Shown here: one piece after another, positions 17,674 to 26,519 of the stretch
Numbering within the stretch: the stretch's first letter is position 1
Layout of the letters: the number at the start of each line of letters is the position of its first letter
Virus record (IMG/VR): IMGVR_UViG_3300048861_000272
Coordinates: 1-37,662 of that record
Origin: a virus
Lineage: Duplodnaviria > Caudoviricetes
Reading direction: 5' to 3' (one strand)
DNA: 37,662 nucleotides
Made by a program: the position numbers and the translations under genes
The notes under the pieces: model-generated
The model's database searches: none
What the model saw: the letters and a program-made list of their open reading frames with translations, nothing else
Told to the model about the DNA's origin: nothing

Positions 17674-18911
17674 CGGACGACCTGCGTAACCTGATCGACG
17701 GTCTTGCTCCCGCACTCGCGGCTGTCTTTCTGGCGGCCATCGCGCTGCTCAGGAAGGGCGTGAACTACAAGCTGCTGATCGTTGCGCTCCAGAACGGCGA
17801 CATGGATGCAGCCATAGCCGCGCTCAACCTCGACGCCGGTGCATTCTCGCACTACGTGCTGGAGCGGCAGGCGGCTTATCTTCGCGCTGGCACGAAGGTG
17901 TCCGAATTGCTGACCGACGATCGGGCTGGCGCGCTGAAAAAGGTCGGCGAGCCGACCGCACGGGCTCCGGGTGGAACGGCAAACCCGCGCGACATGCTTG
18001 CGCCTCCGGGCCCCTCTGGCTTGCCGTCACCCGCCGCGCCCGGTTCTGGGTCGCCACCTCCACCACCCGGCGACATCACCCTGACCGCGCCCGGTGGTGG
18101 CGAAATCACCTTTCGGTTCGACATGACGAACCCGCGCGCCGAGCAGATCATTCGCACGCAAGCCGCGTCTCGCGTCGTCGGCTACGTCGATGAGCAGATC
18201 GAGGCGGCCCGCAAGATCATCGCGGACGGTTTCGAGCGCGGCGAAGGGCCGCAGTCGATCGCTACGGACATCGCTGGTCGCGTCAACCCGATCAGCGGCA
18301 AGCGCGAGGGTGGCATCATCGGCCTGTCCGATCCCCAGGTCAGCTACGTCCAAAGCATGAAGGCTCGGCTCTTGTCCGGTGACGCGGACGAGATGGTGAA
18401 GGTGCTGGGCGGCTTTGACAAGGACGGCAAATGGGTTCCCGGCACCGGCATGACGCTGCGTGACCGCCGCTATGACGCGAAGATCAAGGCGGCGATCAAG
18501 GCTGTTGCAGCGGGCAAGCCGAACCCGTTGAGCGACGACACTGTTACCGAGATGACGGCCAAGTATAGCGATCGGCTGCTGAAGCGTCGGGCCGAGGACA
18601 TCAGCCGGACGGAAACGGCGCAGGGCGTCATGCTGGCGCGCTCCGAGGCGACCAAGCAGGCGCTCAACAAGAGCGGCCTTCCCGACAACGCGGTGGAGAA
18701 GTTCTGGCGCCACAACGGCGGCGTTCATCATGCTCGGAACTGGCACCTCGCCATGAACAACAAGAGCGTCGTCGGCATCGACATGCCATTCCACCTGCCG
18801 GACGGGTCCACCATGCTCCACAGCCACGATCCTGCGGGCGGGGTTCGCAACAACGTGTCCTGCCGCTGCTCCACCGATTTCGATGTTGATTGGGCCCACG
18901 GGCTCATTTGA
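17670..18911 (+). CDS. Minor head / head morphogenesis protein (Mu gpF / SPP1 gp7-like)
   Basis: RAEDISRTET, KFWRH, RNWHLAMN and VSCRCS motifs; GTGA coupling at 17670. Confidence 0.85.
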   Translation: MTDDLRNLIDGLAPALAAVFLAAIALLRKGVNYKLLIVALQNGDMDAAIAALNLDAGAFSHYVLERQAAYLRAGTKVSELLTDDRAGALKKVGEPTARAPGGTANPRDMLAPPGPSGLPSPAAPGSGSPPPPPGDITLTAPGGGEITFRFDMTNPRAEQIIRTQAASRVVGYVDEQIEAARKIIADGFERGEGPQSIATDIAGRVNPISGKREGGIIGLSDPQVSYVQSMKARLLSGDADEMVKVLGGFDKDGKWVPGTGMTLRDRRYDAKIKAAIKAVAAGKPNPLSDDTVTEMTAKYSDRLLKRRAEDISRTETAQGVMLARSEATKQALNKSGLPDNAVEKFWRHNGGVHHARNWHLAMNNKSVVGIDMPFHLPDGSTMLHSHDPAGGVRNNVSCRCSTDFDVDWAHGLI

Positions 18912-18922
18912 GGAGACGAACG

Positions 18923-19186
18923 ATGCCCTGTGTTCATTGCGCAAAGATCCGCACTGCCCTTATTCACGGCAAGATGGCCGAAGCGGCCGGCCTGTCCGTC
19001 GATGCGCTGCGCGAGAAGATCGGTTGGAAGGCGCCTGGCACCGTTCCCGCTGATCCGCCCGCGCTCGACGGCAAGAAGAAGGATGAGCTGCTCGACGTGG
19101 CGGCATCCGAGGGCGCTGATGTCGATGCGAGCGCCACCAAGCCGCAGATCGTCGAAGCCATCGAAGCGAACCGGCTGGATGCCTGA
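18923..19186 (+). CDS. Small protein with N-terminal CxxC and C-terminal HeH/Rho-N-like motif
   Basis: GAGGAG SD; MPCVHC...; LDGKKKDELLDVAASEGADVDASATKPQIVEAI. Confidence 0.7.
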   Translation: MPCVHCAKIRTALIHGKMAEAAGLSVDALREKIGWKAPGTVPADPPALDGKKKDELLDVAASEGADVDASATKPQIVEAIEANRLDA

Positions 19187-19626
19187 TGGCGACGGGCTGG
19201 TCAGGCGTGAACCCATCCGCATGGGCGGGGCAGAAGGATAAGCTCCTGACAGCCCTGTTGCGCAACAGCGTGCAGGAACTGGCGAACGAGGCCGGGCGGA
19301 CGGTTGCCAATGGTGGCCGCGTACCTGTCAGGACGGGCAACCTCGCGCGCTCCGTCATCGTGGACAACAAGGCGCCACAGCGAGGGCCCGCCGACAAGCA
19401 ATATACGGCGGCCGATGTCGCGCTCGGCGTGTCGAAGATCGTGCCTGGCGAGATGATCTGGATCGGCTGGCAGGCCGTCTACTCGGCGCGCGTGAACTTC
19501 GGCTTCGTTGGTGCCGACAGCCTTGGGCGGGTCTATAATCAGGCGGGACGGGGCTTCGCCGAGGCGACGGCGGCGAAGTGGCCGCAGATCGTGGCCGCGC
19601 AGGCGGCGAAACTGGGGGGCAGATAA
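19186..19626 (+). CDS. Tail completion protein (HK97 gp10-like)
   Basis: VPVRTGNLARS motif; position. Confidence 0.82.
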   Translation: MATGWSGVNPSAWAGQKDKLLTALLRNSVQELANEAGRTVANGGRVPVRTGNLARSVIVDNKAPQRGPADKQYTAADVALGVSKIVPGEMIWIGWQAVYSARVNFGFVGADSLGRVYNQAGRGFAEATAAKWPQIVAAQAAKLGGR

Positions 19627-20063
19627 TGCCGTCGATCGAGACTACGGATTGGCTGGCGCTCAAGAGCCGGATCGACACTCTGGTGACGGATATGTCGGTG
19701 TTCGAGCCCGGCGCGCTGGTCACGCCGCCTAGCGACGCGGCTGGTCCTCTGCCCTATATCCTCTTGTCCGATACGACGAACGACAAGGTGCGGGTCGGCC
19801 TGTCCGCCCGGCCCAATGTTGGCGTCGATCATATTCGATCCGGCACCCTGATGCTCACCATCATGTGGCCGCTGGCACGCGCGGTGTCGCATGTGCAGCT
19901 TCGCGAGGTGGCAGGCCAGATTGCCGAGCATTTCCCGGCCGACCTGTGCATGACGTTCGGGCCGTCGCGGCTGCGGACGACGCAGGACGCTGACGCGCTG
20001 CCGGCCTATGTGGACGGCGCCTATCGGGTATCTGTGGTGCGGGTGTTCTGGAACTCGATGTGA
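19626..20063 (+). CDS. Tail terminator protein
   Basis: TAATG coupling; AGQIAEHFPAD motif; position before the major tail gene. Confidence 0.78.
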   Translation: MPSIETTDWLALKSRIDTLVTDMSVFEPGALVTPPSDAAGPLPYILLSDTTNDKVRVGLSARPNVGVDHIRSGTLMLTIMWPLARAVSHVQLREVAGQIAEHFPADLCMTFGPSRLRTTQDADALPAYVDGAYRVSVVRVFWNSM

Positions 20064-20099
20064 TGCTACGCTGCCGCAATCAGAGCGGGAGAGACGCGA

Positions 20100-20333
20100 A
20101 TGGAAGGCCATAACTCCGGATTGCTGCCGGAACTCGAAGAGCCTTGCACCGCATGCGGCGGCACGGGGGATGCTCCACCAGCCAAGCCGGGCATGATGCG
20201 CGAGAGCTTCAACTGCCCAATCTGCAAGGGACACAAGGTCGCGCCGACTGCGGCTGGTCGTCAAATCTTGGATTTCCTGAAGCGGCGGCTTGACGTCAGC
20301 GAGCAGGAAGTCCGCCGCTCTATGTTTGGCTAA
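20100..20333 (+). CDS. Anti-TRAP-like DnaJ-type zinc-finger protein (moron)
   Basis: LEEPCTACGGTG...CPICKGHKVAPTAAGRQILDFLKRRL parallels B. subtilis anti-TRAP as recalled (LEVACPKC...CPACSGKGVILTAQGYTLLDFIQKHL). GGAG SD; TGC-TACGCT extended -10 at 20064-20072. Confidence 0.75.
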   Translation: MEGHNSGLLPELEEPCTACGGTGDAPPAKPGMMRESFNCPICKGHKVAPTAAGRQILDFLKRRLDVSEQEVRRSMFG

Positions 20334-20361
20334 CCCACAGCCTGAACTATTAGAACACCTA

Positions 20362-20402
20362 CGCGCATGATTGTTGCGCTATGCCTCGTCACGCTGTAAT
20401 GT
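20362..20402 (+). promoter_or_regulatory. Late-promoter motif copy 2 (upstream of major tail protein)
   Basis: GCATGATTGTTGC at 20365-20377 and GTAA at 20396. Confidence 0.6.
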
Positions 20403-20450
20403 TCCGCCATTGTGGGACGGCCCTGCTATGGGCAACAGGAGCGGCGCGAC

Positions 20451-21176
20451 ATGGCTTTGCAGGCAGTCAACGGATCGAAGATCTACATCGGCACCCGCGT
20501 TGCCGCGAAAGGCACGGTCGCGCTCACCGACTTCACGCCGCAGGAAGTGGCCTGGACGGAAATCGGCGGCTGGACGCAGAGCGGATCGCTCGGCGACACG
20601 CAGGAGATGATTTCGCAGACCTTCATCAGTGAGGGTCGGACGCGCAACATCAAGGGCACGCGCAACGGCGCTTCGATGGAGAACACCTTTGCGCCGCTGC
20701 CCACCGATCCTGGCCAGATCAAGTTCAAGGCTGCGATCGAGTCCTGCTCGCCCTACGCCTTCAAGGTCGAATGGGGCGCCGGCTGCGCGTCCGAAGATGT
20801 AGTCACGATCAGCGTCGCCACCCCCGCCGTCGTCACCTGGGCCAACGGCCACGGCCTTGAGGCCGGTTCCCCGGTGATCTTCGATGCGACCGGCGGCACG
20901 CTGCCGACCGGGCTTGTCGAGGGCACCGTCTATTATGTCCTAGCGGCCGGCCTGACGCCAACCAGCTTCAGCGTCTCCGCAACGCCGGGTGGCGCCGCTA
21001 TCGCGACGACGGCGGCCGGCACCGCCACCTCGATCACCGCCAGCGCCCAGCCTGCCGGCTCGACGGACCTGTTCTACGGCCTCGCGATGCCCGGCTCCAA
21101 GAGCGGCGGCGCGGCGAATACAGCGCTGCTGCGCACATGGTCGATCATGCCCGACAGCAACATCCTCGAAATCTGA
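20451..21176 (+). CDS. Major tail (tube) protein with inserted beta domain
   Basis: AGGAG SD; NGSKIYIG, WTEIGG..GSLGD and KGTRNGASM motifs; insert VTISVATPAVVTWANGHGL...FSVSATPGG. Confidence 0.85.
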   Translation: MALQAVNGSKIYIGTRVAAKGTVALTDFTPQEVAWTEIGGWTQSGSLGDTQEMISQTFISEGRTRNIKGTRNGASMENTFAPLPTDPGQIKFKAAIESCSPYAFKVEWGAGCASEDVVTISVATPAVVTWANGHGLEAGSPVIFDATGGTLPTGLVEGTVYYVLAAGLTPTSFSVSATPGGAAIATTAAGTATSITASAQPAGSTDLFYGLAMPGSKSGGAANTALLRTWSIMPDSNILEI

Positions 21177-21180
21177 CCAG

Positions 21181-21219
21181 CTAGGGGCGGCGGCTGATCG
21201 GGTCGGCCGTCGTCCTTAG
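21181..21219 (+). other. 17-bp RNA hairpin with several G:U pairs between the major tail and chaperone genes
   Basis: CTAGGGGCGGCGGCTGA / TCGGCCGTCGTCCTTAG pair fully if G:U is allowed; 5-nt loop; no U tract. Confidence 0.65.
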
Positions 21220-21247
21220 ACCCGAGCAGGCCCGAGGAAGAACAAGC

Positions 21248-21661
21248 ATGGATATCGGCAATCTCGGCAAGAAGGCCAACCTCAACGACGGCGAATGGGT
21301 CGATGACATCCCCAACATGGAGGGTGTCCGCTTCAAGGTCCGCAGCACCAACTACAAGCCGTTCCGCGTGGCTACCGCCGGTTTCGCGCGTCGCAGCGGC
21401 AAGAAGCTGCGCACCGATGAAGGCGTGGTCAACTTCTCGATCGGCGCCGGCAAGGCGCTGGCGGAACATATCCTGCTCGATTGGGATGGCGTGACGAGCG
21501 GCGGCAAACCGCTGAAGTACGACCCCAAGAAGGCCATGGAAATTCTGACGGCCGACGACGACTTCGGTATCGGCAACGCCTACCGGACCGCCGTCGAGTG
21601 GGCCGGTGACAACATCGCCGATCGCATCGCGGAGACGGCGAAGGAGGCGGCGGGAAACTGA
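21248..21661 (+). CDS. Tail assembly chaperone (gpG-like)
   Basis: Position; LAEHILLDWDGV motif; ends ...AAGN over a slippery site. Confidence 0.85.
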   Translation: MDIGNLGKKANLNDGEWVDDIPNMEGVRFKVRSTNYKPFRVATAGFARRSGKKLRTDEGVVNFSIGAGKALAEHILLDWDGVTSGGKPLKYDPKKAMEILTADDDFGIGNAYRTAVEWAGDNIADRIAETAKEAAGN

Positions 21662-22032
21662 CGGCGGCGCTTCTCTGGTCGCTTGATCACCACGACGAGT
21701 GGAAGGCGGCAAAAGAGAAGGCGGACGCGGAGGGTTCCGAGCTACCCGAAGCGTTCGAGCCGCCTGAGATCACGGAAGGGTTCGGCGGCTGGTATGAGGA
21801 CTTCTGGACCCTCTCGACGGAACGCCAGATCGGCTTCGGTATCGGCCCCATTCCCGCCAGCGCGATTGCCCGGCATGTCGCCGGCTGGGACTATGAGGAT
21901 GCAGAGATGTTCGAGGTCTGCATCCGTGAAATGGACGGGGCGTATATGAGGCGGCAGAACAAGTCCGACGATGCGCCGCCCGTGAACCCGCGCGATGCCT
22001 TCCGCTCTGCCACGTCCGGTCGGCGGAGGTAG
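21652..22032 (+). CDS. Tail chaperone -1 frameshift extension (gpGT-like)
   Basis: Slippery G GGA AAC at 21652-21658. The -1 frame is open to TAG 22032 (...DFWTLSTERQIGFGIGPIPASAI...IREMDGAY...). Not in the ORF track. Confidence 0.85.
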   Translation, partial: GKLTAALLWSLDHHDEWKAAKEKADAEGSELPEAFEPPEITEGFGGWYEDFWTLSTERQIGFGIGPIPASAIARHVAGWDYEDAEMFEVCIREMDGAYMRRQNKSDDAPPVNPRDAFRSATSGRRR

Positions 22033-22035
22033 GGT

Positions 22036-24663
22036 ATGGATGTGGCCGCGCTTTCGATAAAAATCGACACGTCGGATCTGGCTAAGGCCAGCGACGCGCT
22101 CGGGAAGGTTTCGTCGGCGAGCGATCGTGCCGCAGCGTCGGTGTCGAGCAGCGCAGGCAAGATTTCGAGTGGCTTGTCGCGTTCGGGGCAGAGTGCTGTT
22201 TCTGCTGCGACATTTATGGACAAATACGCCGGATCGGGCGTGTCGAGCTTCGATAAGCTTACTCATGCCGCCAATAATAACACCGTGGCCATGCGGGAAA
22301 CTCTTGTGGTCGCACGCGAGTTGGCCAGCGGCAACCTCACGAGGCTTCCCGGATCGCTGTCGATCCTTGCTACGCAATTCGCGATATCGGGGAAGAGCGC
22401 AACTGGGTTCGCATCCCAGCTTCTGCAAGCGTTTGGCTTAATCAAGCAGGTTGGCAATGCCGGGTTGGACGGGGTCGCCGGGCAAGCAGCTGGCGTTGCG
22501 GGCGCCATAGAAGGTAACTTAAAAAATGCCCAGTCGGCCGCTGTCAACGCAGGTGCCGAGATCGAGCTCGCCGAAGCGCAGGCGCGAGCGGCAACCACCG
22601 CTAATGAACAGGCAGCAGCATCGGAACGGCTTGCCTTGGCTCAGAAGGCACAGATTGCGGCCGAGGCCGAAGCCGCAATAGCGGCTGATGCGCTGGCAAG
22701 CGCCAACGAAGCGGTTGCAGAAACGGCCGCTGAAGCAGCGGCGGCAGAGGCGACGGCTCTCGCTCCTCTCGCAATAGCCATCGGAGCCATTATCCTGGTG
22801 CTAGCCCCGTTTGTCGCCGGACTTGTTGCGCTCAACAAGCAGGCGAACGATGATAGCGGGCTCAAGAAATACACCACATCAATGGGCTATACCAAGGCCG
22901 AGGTGAAGCAGCTCAACGACATCACCGTGTCGTTCGGCGATACCTTCAAGGCCGTTTTTCAGGTCGGTTTTGAGCGGGTTGCATCGGCGTTTGGGCTGAC
23001 GACGGGCGACATCAAGAAGGCGTGGAACAGCGTCCTTGATTTCTTGATCACCGCCACTCGTGCAACAGTCGCCGGGGTCTATGCCGCGTTTACCGGCATG
23101 GCTTACGCGGTCGAGCGCGCCATCAGCAACATCAAGGCCGGCAAGGCAGAAAACCCGTTCACGACGCTCACCGAAGGCTACAAGACCGCTTACGGCGACG
23201 CGCAGAAGTTCATGGAGGACGTGGTCAAACAGGCCCGCACCAACGCGCAGAAGCGTCAAGCGGACATGGCAAAGGATTCCTACGACAAGCCCAAGGAGAA
23301 GAAGAACCCGCTCGACGGCATCCTTCAGGGCGCGCAGGACGACATCAACACCGAGAACGCCCGCGCCGCTGCGGTTGGTTTGTCGGCCCGCGCGGCCGAT
23401 GAGTTGGAGCAACGCACGAAGCTGCTCAACCAGATCCAGAAGGCCGGCATCCCGCTCACGGACGCCCTGCGAGGCAAGGTTGATGCGCTCTCCAAGGCCT
23501 ATGCGGATGCGAAGGTGGCGGCAGACTATGCCACGGCGGTTCAGGCCAGCCTCGACAGCCTCGACAAGCAGAACGATGCGATCAACGACCAGACAGCGAC
23601 GATCGGGCTGTACGGCGATGCGCTGAACAAGGCCAAGGCCGAGCTCGACGCGCTGACTGCGGCCCGCAACGCGCTGCCGAAGGGCGAGAGTCTGACCGGG
23701 GAGGATTCTGCGCGTATCATCTCCAAGGTGGACAAGAACGCCGCAGACCTGACGGTGCAGAACCGCCTTACGGATACCGAGAAAATCCGCAAGGATGCGG
23801 AAGACCAGATGTACGCGCTTGATCTTGAGCGCAAAGGCCTTGGCCTCACGGGCGCAGCGGCGGACGCATACGCCTATTCCACCGAACGCCTGAACGACGC
23901 GCAAAAGGCGGGCCGGCCCCTTAACAGTGATCAGGTCGATCAGCTCAATGCCGCTGCCGCCGCTTACGGCAAGACCCGCTATGCGATCGATCAGCAGGCT
24001 CAGGCCATCTCGGATGCACGCGACATCGAGAAGTCGTTCTTCACGGACTGGATCAGTGATATCGAGCAGGGCAAGAGCGCGTTCAAGGCGTTTGCCGATG
24101 CCGTCGTCAACGCGCTCAACAGCATCATCAGCAAGCTGCTCGACAAGACGCTTACCAATGCTCTCGGCGGCGGTTCGGGCGGTGGGGACTTCCTGAGCAA
24201 GCTGCTGGACAGCGCTGGCGGCGGCGGTTCGTGGTCGGCGTCAACCGCGCCGTTGGTGGGAAGCGCAACGCCGTTCGAAGTGTCCGCGAAGGGTAATATG
24301 TTCGGCGTCGCGCAGCGCTTCGCCAATGGCGGCACCTTCACGAACAGCATAGTCACCAGCCCGACGCTCTTCCGCTTCGCGAATGGTGCGAAGATGGGTG
24401 AGATGGGCGAAGCAGGTCCCGAGGCCGTCGTGCCACTCAAGCGCGGCGCCAACGGCTCGCTTGGCGTGCAGGTGCATGGCGGTGGAAAGCCGACCCTTCC
24501 TCCGATCTACATCCAGAACGACTATCATCTGACCGGCACGGTCAGCCAGAAAGACGTGCAGTCGATGGTCCAGCAGGGTGCCGAAGCCACGACCAGCACC
24601 GTCAAGCGCAGCCTGAACTCTTGGCTTCAGGACTGGCATCAGGATGGGGCGGTGGCGACGTGA
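22036..24663 (+). CDS. Tape measure protein
   Basis: 875-aa Ala-rich helical protein with C-terminal FANGG...MGEAGPEAVVPL motif. Confidence 0.93.
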   Translation: MDVAALSIKIDTSDLAKASDALGKVSSASDRAAASVSSSAGKISSGLSRSGQSAVSAATFMDKYAGSGVSSFDKLTHAANNNTVAMRETLVVARELASGNLTRLPGSLSILATQFAISGKSATGFASQLLQAFGLIKQVGNAGLDGVAGQAAGVAGAIEGNLKNAQSAAVNAGAEIELAEAQARAATTANEQAAASERLALAQKAQIAAEAEAAIAADALASANEAVAETAAEAAAAEATALAPLAIAIGAIILVLAPFVAGLVALNKQANDDSGLKKYTTSMGYTKAEVKQLNDITVSFGDTFKAVFQVGFERVASAFGLTTGDIKKAWNSVLDFLITATRATVAGVYAAFTGMAYAVERAISNIKAGKAENPFTTLTEGYKTAYGDAQKFMEDVVKQARTNAQKRQADMAKDSYDKPKEKKNPLDGILQGAQDDINTENARAAAVGLSARAADELEQRTKLLNQIQKAGIPLTDALRGKVDALSKAYADAKVAADYATAVQASLDSLDKQNDAINDQTATIGLYGDALNKAKAELDALTAARNALPKGESLTGEDSARIISKVDKNAADLTVQNRLTDTEKIRKDAEDQMYALDLERKGLGLTGAAADAYAYSTERLNDAQKAGRPLNSDQVDQLNAAAAAYGKTRYAIDQQAQAISDARDIEKSFFTDWISDIEQGKSAFKAFADAVVNALNSIISKLLDKTLTNALGGGSGGGDFLSKLLDSAGGGGSWSASTAPLVGSATPFEVSAKGNMFGVAQRFANGGTFTNSIVTSPTLFRFANGAKMGEMGEAGPEAVVPLKRGANGSLGVQVHGGGKPTLPPIYIQNDYHLTGTVSQKDVQSMVQQGAEATTSTVKRSLNSWLQDWHQDGAVAT

Positions 24664-25322
24664 CCAAGATCTACCAATTCCCCACGTTCCGCATCGCCAC
24701 GCAGCTCTTCCATGTGCCTGGCCAAGGCTATGACGGCGGCCTGACGACCGGCGGCGCGCAGTTCATCACGCCGGAGCCCGGCGGCTTCGGCACGCTGGAG
24801 ATCGAGCCGGCCATCATCGACACGGAATGGGATGCGCCGCTGGCGTCGTGGATCATGTCCAAGATCAATGGGCAGGCCTTCCGCTTCCGCCTCGCCCCCT
24901 CGCCTCAGATCGCTTTCAGCAAACAGCGCGGCATGACTGCCGTGCCGTGGAGCAACGGGCAGGCGTGGTCCAACCAAGAGGAATGGGATGGCGACTTCAC
25001 CGCCACTTATGCGGCGGACGGCCTCAAGGGATCGGTCGCTGTCACGATCGACCTCACTGGCGTAGGACCGATTGCTGGCGTCGGCCACGTCATCGGCCAC
25101 GACTATGAGACCTATCTGATCGACGAAATCAGCTACGTCGGCGATGTCGCGACCGCCATCGTCACCCCGCCCCTGCGGCGCGACATTGCGGCCGGCGATA
25201 ACTGCTACCTGCGGCCATGGTTCACCGGGCGGATCAGCAACGGCGCCGACATGCGTGCGGCATACAACAATCTCGGGCACGTCCAGCTTGGAAAGATCGT
25301 TCTGCAAGAGGCGCTGCTATGA
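24660..25322 (+). CDS. Distal tail / minor tail protein
   Basis: GTGA coupling to the tape measure gene; VTPPLRRDI motif. Confidence 0.75.
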   Translation: MTKIYQFPTFRIATQLFHVPGQGYDGGLTTGGAQFITPEPGGFGTLEIEPAIIDTEWDAPLASWIMSKINGQAFRFRLAPSPQIAFSKQRGMTAVPWSNGQAWSNQEEWDGDFTATYAADGLKGSVAVTIDLTGVGPIAGVGHVIGHDYETYLIDEISYVGDVATAIVTPPLRRDIAAGDNCYLRPWFTGRISNGADMRAAYNNLGHVQLGKIVLQEALL

Positions 25323-25361
25323 GGACTCGCCAAGCCGGATGCTGAGTGGCAGGTTCGTGGC

Positions 25362-25757
25362 ATGAAGCGTATCTCTCTGCTCCTCGCCCTGACCGCGGCC
25401 CCGGCGAGCGCCGGTTTTGGCAACAATTCCCCTCATCGGGATTGGGGCCATACCATCACGCTCGACATGACGTTGAATGATGCCGCCGCGTGCATTGCGC
25501 GGGAGATGAGCAGGCATGGGCGAGTGCTCATCCTTCCAGTGGAAGGCGGCAACGATATCGACTTTCACGCCAATGCCGGGTTCGCCACCTCGACCGAGGC
25601 GTGGGAGACGTTCAAGCTACGCGAGGAGGGCGGCAGCGTTACCCTGCGCGCACTTTATCGTCACCCGTTCACCAGCACGCGCGTCGATTCGGATGTCGCG
25701 CGGCTTGGAAATCGGTGTTTGATATCTGCTCAGATGGGGCATTCATCTGGCCAATGA
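25362..25757 (+). CDS. Exported protein (moron)
   Basis: MKRISLLLALTAAPASA|G signal peptide; two Cys; interrupts the tail operon. Confidence 0.7.
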   Translation: MKRISLLLALTAAPASAGFGNNSPHRDWGHTITLDMTLNDAAACIAREMSRHGRVLILPVEGGNDIDFHANAGFATSTEAWETFKLREEGGSVTLRALYRHPFTSTRVDSDVARLGNRCLISAQMGHSSGQ

Positions 25758-26446
25758 GCGCTATAGATAGCGCGGTGGCTGGCGATATCGCGGCGCTAGG
25801 TCTTAATGATTGGTGGTTTAGCGCGTTCTCAGAAGACGACCAAGAATGGATGGCAAACACGTATGCGCCTCTTGGAATGGGCGTATCGGGCATAAACAGC
25901 GATCCATCTGTAGGCGTAATGCGTCGGCCTCTTATAGATGGCACAGGATGCAATTCAAACACAAACAAGTTCAAGTATCTGTCGGCGGTCGCCGTATGGT
26001 TTAACAGGCCCGGTCGCGCACATTGCGCTATAGCCTTTATCAATAAATCAGTGGAATTCATTGATGATGATCTTGAGGTGCTTGACCGGCACTTCGCTCT
26101 CGCAAATCATTGCGCCGTTCTTTACCGATGGCGGGACCAAATCCCCGGCGCATTAGATGGCGCCATTGCCGCCTGCGAGATGTGCATCGCCATCCAGGAG
26201 GAGGCCGCATATGAAGCGAAGGCATTTTTCGGCTCAGTTCCAGCGCACGCATGCTTTCGCCAGCTTCGCATCATTGAGGAAAAGCGCGGCAACTACGTCC
26301 GCGCGATCGAACTTTGCCAGCAGGCTCAGGCGGGCGGATGGGCTGGCACTTGGGACAAAGACATTGCCAGACTATCGAGGAAGATAGCGGCGGATCGCTC
26401 GGATCCTTCATCCGTCTCGCTTAGGAGCCTTGGAAAGAACGATTAG
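25754..26446 (+). CDS. Helical-repeat (TPR-like) protein (moron)
   Basis: ATGA coupling at 25754; more A/T-rich codons; HACFRQLRIIEEKRGNYVRAIELCQQA TPR-like segment. Confidence 0.72.
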   Translation: MSAIDSAVAGDIAALGLNDWWFSAFSEDDQEWMANTYAPLGMGVSGINSDPSVGVMRRPLIDGTGCNSNTNKFKYLSAVAVWFNRPGRAHCAIAFINKSVEFIDDDLEVLDRHFALANHCAVLYRWRDQIPGALDGAIAACEMCIAIQEEAAYEAKAFFGSVPAHACFRQLRIIEEKRGNYVRAIELCQQAQAGGWAGTWDKDIARLSRKIAADRSDPSSVSLRSLGKND

Positions 26447-26454
26447 GCCTTCGA

Positions 26455-26495
26455 CACGCAATAATATTGCTTCCGAGGCAGCCATGACGTAATCT
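26455..26495 (+). promoter_or_regulatory. Late-promoter motif copy 3 (upstream of tail-tip genes)
   Basis: CACGCAATAATATTGC...CATGACGTAA shares CACGCAA, TATTGC and CATGACGTAA with copy 1 at identical spacing. Confidence 0.68.
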
Positions 26496-26519
26496 GCAAA
26501 AAACCAGCGAGCGGGTCCA

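Noticed and set aside
20344-20356. Alphaproteobacterial LexA box (GAACTATTAGAAC)
   Set aside because: The spacer is 5 nt, not the required 7.
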